64,000 bases of DNA from Oceanispirochaeta sp. (GTDB lineage Bacteria; Spirochaetota; Spirochaetia; DSM-2461). Shown piece by piece: positions 58,310 through 64,000 of this stretch; within the stretch, counting starts at the first letter, position 1, and every line of letters begins with the position of its first letter. The notes beneath the pieces are model-generated. The model saw only the letters and a program-made list of their open reading frames with translations, was not told the DNA's origin and did not search any database. The DNA lies in the NCBI GenBank assembly GCA_963666275.2, contig CAXXOA010000003.1, forward strand, positions 192,001 to 256,000. Reading direction: 5' to 3'. The translations under genes and the position numbers were made by a program.

Positions 58310-59485
58310 ATGAAACGTGTTTTGTTTGGACTGCTTGTGCTCATAGTCATGTCAGGTCTTGCCTGTAAGAATGACAGCGGTATCAAGATCGGTGTTGTGT
58401 TACCGGATGCATCCGAAGAAAGGTGGGCAAATCAGGACGGAGCTTTCTTTAAGCAGGATCTTGAAGCTCTGGGTGAAGGTTATGAGTTTGAAATACTCTT
58501 TTCCGAGGGTGATGAATCCAAGGAGAAACAGAATGTAGAAGCTTTGATCGCCAAAGGAGCAAAGGTTATTATCATTACGGCTCACGGTAACGGCGGTGCC
58601 TCTGTAGAAGCGGCTCACGCGGAAGATGTTGTCGTTGTCGCTCATGACAGAATGGCCAAATCAGCCTCTGACGTAGCCGACTACTACACCACATTCAACA
58701 GCTGGAACGTAGGTAAAGCCATGGGTAAACATCTGGTTGACGCGGCAAAAGCCGAAGGCTACTCTCCCAGCAACAAAGCTGACCTGGCCATTTTCGCCGG
58801 CCGTGTTGTTGACTGGCCCAACGCCACATACTTTTTCGGCGGAGCCTTTGAAATGCTGCAGCCTGAACTCGATATGTTCAATATCGTAAACCAGGATCCC
58901 GCTCCCTTCCTGGCTCTGGATCTCTATACAGAAGCGAACTTTAACGATGCTGCCAAAGATGCCCTTCAGGCTGCTATGCTCCCCATCGATACGGACTGGA
59001 ACCCTGAAACTGCCGGTATCAAAGCCGCCGGTGTTGTCGCTCAGATCGAAAAGACATCTGACGCCGTTTTCGTACTGGCTCCCAATGATGATACTTCTGC
59101 CGCCATCCGCCAGGAATTTGCAAAAATGGCTGAACCCTACGACAAATACTTTACCACCGGTCAGGATGCTTCCAATGTGACATTGGCCAGCCTGATGGGC
59201 GACACTGTAACCGGTAAGGGAACTCAGACCATGACTGTTTTCAAAGATGTTTCCAAACTGGTCAGTGACTCTGTAGCCATTGCTAAAAACGTTGTTGACG
59301 GCGTTGACGGACTGACAGGATTAACAAGCGGACCTTCTATCGACGGTGCCAAAACGGCTTATTCTCCCATCGATACACTGCTGGCTTCCAATCCCCAGTT
59401 AACCTATGACACCATTTTTGCCACCGGTTACAAATCAGAGGATAACCCCGATTTCAGTGACATTGATTTCAGCCCCTACAAATAA
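58310..59485 (+). CDS. Sugar ABC substrate-binding lipoprotein (ChvE/XylF-like)
   Basis: Lipobox GLAC, ERW..DG, AHDR, APNDD, TGQDA, QTMTVFKD. Confidence 0.88.
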   Translation: MKRVLFGLLVLIVMSGLACKNDSGIKIGVVLPDASEERWANQDGAFFKQDLEALGEGYEFEILFSEGDESKEKQNVEALIAKGAKVIIITAHGNGGASVEAAHAEDVVVVAHDRMAKSASDVADYYTTFNSWNVGKAMGKHLVDAAKAEGYSPSNKADLAIFAGRVVDWPNATYFFGGAFEMLQPELDMFNIVNQDPAPFLALDLYTEANFNDAAKDALQAAMLPIDTDWNPETAGIKAAGVVAQIEKTSDAVFVLAPNDDTSAAIRQEFAKMAEPYDKYFTTGQDASNVTLASLMGDTVTGKGTQTMTVFKDVSKLVSDSVAIAKNVVDGVDGLTGLTSGPSIDGAKTAYSPIDTLLASNPQLTYDTIFATGYKSEDNPDFSDIDFSPYK

Positions 59486-59505
59486 TTAGTTTGTAAGGAT
59501 TCTTT

Positions 59506-59549
59506 AAAAAAATACCTTAAGGCCTGCACGGCTTTAAGGTATTTTTTTT
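59506..59549. terminator. Intrinsic terminator, likely bidirectional
   Basis: AAAAAAATACCTTAAGGCC-TGCAC-GGCTTTAAGGTATTTTTTTT immediately after the ABC operon. Confidence 0.85.
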
Positions 59550-59565
59550 CTGCCCCTCTTTTTAC

Positions 59566-60070
59566 TCAATCATTTAACAGATTTTGCAAGACTGGTTTCA
59601 AGCTTTGAGGCTGAGTCTCCTTCACCGTAAAGGAATGGCATTGATTGAACCGGGCGTAGGCTGCCAGCTCAGACTTCAGAGCCCTGGCAAAGTCTTCCGC
59701 TGCCTGAGAGTAAAGGGTGTTACCAGTCAATTGCGCGGCCTCAGTGAGGAAATCCCTGTACATTCGCCGGAAAAGGGCTCCTCCGGTTCCCGCTGTTTCC
59801 CATCTGATCCGAAGCCAGGATAAGATCCGCCCCGGTGTCGGGCGCACTGACCAGCCAGTTTGAAATATCTGAAACGAGTTTGCTGATACCCCGTGGCCCA
59901 AGATTGGATATGGGCGCATTCAGATAGGCTTCTGTATTGTTCCGTATACTTTTGGAGACTGCTTCAGAAACTGCCTCCGGGGAGGGAGGGATTTTCCTGG
60001 GTAAATGAAAGGGCTCTGGAACTCATGGGCCCCCGGGCAAGCCGGGTTCTCTTCATTCAGCTTTCGGATA
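59566..60070 (-). pseudogene. Degraded BtrH N-terminal/DUF4872-like gene fragment
   Basis: Family-like segments GPMSSRALSFT, APISNLGPRGI and ETAGTGGALFRRMYRDFL.EA are broken by a stop and a frameshift near 59800. Confidence 0.6.
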
Positions 60071-60335
60071 ATGTGATCAGACCGTGTTTTTTCATCTTTT
60101 ATGTGGGAGGTGTAATGAAAGAACAGTAGGTCCTGTGAGAGGTTGTATTCCGCTTTCTGTCCTTCATCAATGTCCTGCATACGGCGCAGTTCCACTTCAA
60201 GAAACTCTGTCCTTACACTGCTTCCGTGCATATTCCTCCCCCCCGCATTTTCTGCCATTTTAAGTGGGAATACTCCCCGGAATACTACCCTTGGGGTATG
60301 TGCCGGAGACTGCGGCAGGGTTAGAATCCCGAAGT

Positions 60336-60584
60336 ATGAAAACAATCAAAGACGAATTGACTTTATTCAATGCCCTTAGGTATGAAATAAGGGCATTGGG
60401 AAATCTGGAGATACATAATTCTGAATGGGACTATGTGGAGAGCATCTATCACAGAAAAATGGATGGAATTTCTATAGTAACCATACTGATCTGTATTGTG
60501 GACCAGGCGGCGTTACTGGGAATAATCAGAAGGCTGTATAATCATGGACTGCCTATCATTACAGTTCGATTCCTTGAAACCTGA
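60336..60584 (+). CDS. Small protein of the type found beside MalT-like LuxR regulators
   Basis: YEIR..G.L, VDQAAL.G....L...GLP.I.V pattern. ATG at 60336. Confidence 0.65.
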   Translation: MKTIKDELTLFNALRYEIRALGNLEIHNSEWDYVESIYHRKMDGISIVTILICIVDQAALLGIIRRLYNHGLPIITVRFLET

Positions 60585-60681
60585 TTTCTTATCATCGGTA
60601 CACTCCGGGAAATGTTCAAGACCCTGAATCTTTGTGCTATAATGTAAACCTTTCAGTAGCCTTATCCCGCAACTGAGGTAA

Positions 60682-63408
60682 TTGATGACGATTCCCTTTT
60701 TAGAAACCAAATTTCATATACCACCTGTCAGACCCGAATATGTTTTTCGTCCGAGATTGGTAGAACAGTTAAACCGCAACCTCCATCGGAAATTAACCCT
60801 GGTGTCCGCACCGGCGGGCTTCGGAAAAACATCTCTCATAAGCGAATGGATTCTTGGAACGAACCGGCAGACGGCCTGGCTGTCCCTGGATAAGAGAGAT
60901 AATGATCCCCTTCGTTTTCTCAGCTACTTGACCGGAGCCCTGCAAAAGACAGGGGATAACATTGGCAGTAGGGCTCTGAATATGATCCAGTCCGCAGAGC
61001 AAACACCTTCGGAACCGGTGTTGACAAGTCTTATCAATGAAATCGCCTCCCAATCCCGCGAGATAATTCTGGTTATTGACGATTACCACATCATTGATGA
61101 TCGGGAGATAGATGAGATTCTCAATTTTCTCATCGATAATCTCCCCTCCCAGATGCACCTGGTTCTCTCTACAAGGGAAGATCCTCAACTGGGTCTGTCT
61201 CGCCTGAGAGCTTCCGGGCAAATGAATGAACTCAGAGCCCTGGAACTCCGGTTTCTGAGAAATGAAATTGCCCAGTTTATGAACGACCGTATGAAACTCC
61301 AACTGAACCCCGAGGATATTGCGTCCCTTGAGCAGCGCACCGAAGGATGGATTGCCAGTCTTCAGCTTGCCGCCCTCTCTATCCAGAAGCAGCAGGATAT
61401 CCCCGGATTCATTAAATCCTTTACAGGCAGCAATCGGCTGGTACTGGATTATCTTGTAGAAGAGGTACTGCGCAACCAGAACGGGGAAATTCAGGAGTTT
61501 CTCATTAAGACTTCTATCCTGGAGAGGATGTGCGGTTCTCTCTGCAATGAAATCACAGGGCGGGAGGACAGTCAGAAAATTCTGGAAACCCTGGAAAACA
61601 GCAATCTCTTTATCATTCCCCTGGATGATGAACGCCGCTGGTTCCGGTATCATCATCTTTTTGCAGAATTGCTGCGCCATCGTCTAAGAGAGACTCAGAA
61701 CGATAATATTCCAGAACTCCACAAAAAAGCCGGGTTCTGGTTCTCTCAGAATCATTACGATTTTGAGGCCATTGAGCATAATCTCCTGGCCAGGGACTTC
61801 GAAAACGCAGTTGGCTGGATAGAGGCCTACCTAAGGGAGAATTTTGAGAAAATCACCCAGGCCACCCGAAAGCGCTGGCTTGAATCGATTCCAGAAGAAT
61901 ATCTTGGTACCAGACCTTACCTGGCTCTTTTCGAGGCCTGGTCCATGATTGTCGCAGGTCAACTGGAGATCGCGGAACGGTGCATAGGAGCGGTGGAAAA
62001 CTCTCCGGTACCAAGGGGTTCCTCAAATCAGGAAAACAGACTTCAATGGACCCAATGCCTGGCCATGGCTGCCGTCTTTCGATCTTTCATACAGTCCTAT
62101 CGAGGCAATTTTGACGCCAGTATCCGGCAGGGTTTGCGGGCACTGGATTACCACCGGGAACTGATCAGTCAGCACGGGCCCGCTGCCGGTGAGGGCGAGA
62201 TCATGAGACCCCGGACCTTTGCGCTGATCGTTCTGGCTTATGCCTACGATATTGCAGGATTAATGGATGAAGCCGAACAGGCCCGGAGGGATGCGGTTTC
62301 AGCGGCGAAGCTGTTGAACGATAGGGAACTCATAGGCTTTGCCGGTGTTTTACATGCAGAATCTCTCAAGAGTAAAGGGAATCTGCGGGAAGCGGCAAAA
62401 ATATGTCAAAACCTTCTATACGATCCGGAGAATCTGGATATCTCAGAAAATCCGAAGTTCTGCTGGCTTTTTGCTTTCTACAGTGATGTTCTGACAGAAA
62501 TGGGTGAAACCGATTCTGCACTGGAACAGGTGGAACTGGCCCTGGAACGAGCCTCCCGCTGTGAAGACGGGTTCTATATAATCCGCAGCTGCATTTATAT
62601 AGTCCGAACCTTCATTTCCTGGGGAGAGTCGGAACGGGCCTGGCAGGCTATTAATCAGGTGGAACGTCTTGCTTTACAGCGATCCCTGCCTCTGCCCAAG
62701 CTTCTTATTTTACAATCCTGGAAGGCTCGGCTTCTGCTTGCTCAGGGAAAAATCGATGAGGCTGTGCAATGGGCTGAGAATCTCCGGATTGATACCGGCA
62801 CTCCTCCGCTCCGTATCCATGAAGAAGAGTATCTTGCGTTCGCAAGGATCAGGATTGCCCAGGGATTTCCGGAAGAAGCGATACTCCTTCTGGAATGGGC
62901 CGAAACTCTGGCTGTTTCTGAAAATAGAACAGCCGCCATCATTGAGTCCTTTATAATTCAATCTATGGCATTCCTGATGCTGGATAATCTGAACAGCGCC
63001 CTGAAAATTCTTGAAAAAGCCCTTTCCCTGGCAGAACCTCTGGATTTTATCGGTATTTTTATTGACGAGGGCTCTTCCATGAGCAGGCTGCTCTACGAAG
63101 CGGCAAAAGCGGGCATCCGGACCGCTTACGTCCGGCTGCTGCTGGACCATTTTCCCTCAAATAAACCTGAAGTAAAGACGATGGCAAAAATAGAAGCGAA
63201 GCAGAACGGACTAATGGAACCTCTCAGTGACCGGGAAATCGATGTACTCCAGCTTATCGCGGAAGGGATGTCCAATGAGCAGCTGGGTGAAAAATTATTC
63301 ATTTCCGTTCATACAGTGAAGGTTCATACCCGGAACATATATGCCAAACTGGAATGCCATAACCGTACAGAAGCCGTAGCCCAAGCCAGGAAATTCGGAA
63401 TTCTCTAG
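60682..63408 (+). CDS. MalT-like LuxR transcriptional regulator (STAND ATPase + TPR + LuxR HTH)
   Basis: TK..PP, RPRL, APAGFGKT, IDDYH, TEGW, FRYHHLF, LS.RE.DVL.LIAEG.SN...TVK.H..NIY.KL. Confidence 0.93.
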   Translation: MMTIPFLETKFHIPPVRPEYVFRPRLVEQLNRNLHRKLTLVSAPAGFGKTSLISEWILGTNRQTAWLSLDKRDNDPLRFLSYLTGALQKTGDNIGSRALNMIQSAEQTPSEPVLTSLINEIASQSREIILVIDDYHIIDDREIDEILNFLIDNLPSQMHLVLSTREDPQLGLSRLRASGQMNELRALELRFLRNEIAQFMNDRMKLQLNPEDIASLEQRTEGWIASLQLAALSIQKQQDIPGFIKSFTGSNRLVLDYLVEEVLRNQNGEIQEFLIKTSILERMCGSLCNEITGREDSQKILETLENSNLFIIPLDDERRWFRYHHLFAELLRHRLRETQNDNIPELHKKAGFWFSQNHYDFEAIEHNLLARDFENAVGWIEAYLRENFEKITQATRKRWLESIPEEYLGTRPYLALFEAWSMIVAGQLEIAERCIGAVENSPVPRGSSNQENRLQWTQCLAMAAVFRSFIQSYRGNFDASIRQGLRALDYHRELISQHGPAAGEGEIMRPRTFALIVLAYAYDIAGLMDEAEQARRDAVSAAKLLNDRELIGFAGVLHAESLKSKGNLREAAKICQNLLYDPENLDISENPKFCWLFAFYSDVLTEMGETDSALEQVELALERASRCEDGFYIIRSCIYIVRTFISWGESERAWQAINQVERLALQRSLPLPKLLILQSWKARLLLAQGKIDEAVQWAENLRIDTGTPPLRIHEEEYLAFARIRIAQGFPEEAILLLEWAETLAVSENRTAAIIESFIIQSMAFLMLDNLNSALKILEKALSLAEPLDFIGIFIDEGSSMSRLLYEAAKAGIRTAYVRLLLDHFPSNKPEVKTMAKIEAKQNGLMEPLSDREIDVLQLIAEGMSNEQLGEKLFISVHTVKVHTRNIYAKLECHNRTEAVAQARKFGIL

Positions 63409-63535
63409 TACAAGGGAGTTCCTCCACTCCTCTTGTATCCCCATTTACAGGCGAATACCCCTTCCTTTACTACCTCTGTGGTATGTGATTCCGCCTTTGT
63501 AAGCCTAGACTCTTACCTCATAAAGAGGGGGAAAG

Positions 63536-64000
63536 ATGAAAAAAACAGACCTTAAGATAAGCTATTACGAGTACAACGCCTTTATCATCGAATCAGGAGG
63601 TAAGACTGTAGCGATTGATCCGGGAGCCACCTTTGCCTATTACTTCCAGTTTAAATCGCTTATTCCCAGAGACATCTGGCCTTCTGTGAGCCACATTATC
63701 ATAACCCACGGAGATCCTGATCATTACTGGTTTGCCGATAAAATCGCCTCGGCATCGGGAGCACCGGTCATTATGAACAGAATCATGATGAGGAATACTC
63801 CCGAAGGCGCCAGAGCATTGGGCCCCCGTTCGAAGGGGCTCAAATTCAACTGGATTGTGGAGAATCCTGAACTCTTCGACCTTGGAGAAACCCGTTATAT
63901 CGATGGCATAAGCTTTACCGCCGTGGAAACGGCCCATGGCCCTCTATCGTTAAAAATGGGCCCTTTTGAAAAAGTGGAATATCCCGGTCCGGAGGAACGG
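63536..64000 (+). CDS. Metallo-beta-lactamase-fold hydrolase, 3'-truncated by the window edge
   Basis: Hand translation from ATG 63536: YNAFIIESGGKTVAIDP...IIITHGDPDH. Absent from the ORF track because the frame has no stop in the window. Confidence 0.8.
   Translation, partial: MKKTDLKISYYEYNAFIIESGGKTVAIDPGATFAYYFQFKSLIPRDIWPSVSHIIITHGDPDHYWFADKIASASGAPVIMNRIMMRNTPEGARALGPRSKGLKFNWIVENPELFDLGETRYIDGISFTAVETAHGPLSLKMGPFEKVEYPGPEER

Overview
Bacterial genomic window, probably from a free-living spirochaete (inferred from gene content only). Bases 1-15.7 kb form a mobile, AT-rich region that reads as an integron cassette array running on the minus strand, with no integrase gene in the window. 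It contains the 3' part of a class C group II intron sitting in an attC core, a roughly 6.5 kb (IS-free) seven-gene cassette, a 174 bp attC, a second cassette of three small ORFs, and an attI-like end. Three IS66 insertions lie here, each with its own 8 bp target duplication, and two appear identical. The large cassette is the best candidate for a new system. It is one tightly coupled operon joining a thymine/hmdU hypermodification module (aGPT-Pplase1-type helical protein, IS-split thymidylate-synthase-fold enzyme, Nmad2, dTMP-kinase-like protein) to two ThsB-like TIR proteins and a TIR-SLOG protein, with no Sir2 or Macro ThsA effector. The rest of the window holds: a Gfo/Idh/MocA-TTT-ROK-sulfatase catabolic locus; hemopexin, FG-GAP and Kelch-like secreted proteins; a GC-rich ECF sigma/RND efflux locus with mirrored ECF promoters; assorted single genes; a two-component/sugar ABC transport locus; and a MalT-like LuxR regulator. 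All family assignments come from motif recognition by eye, not from database searches.
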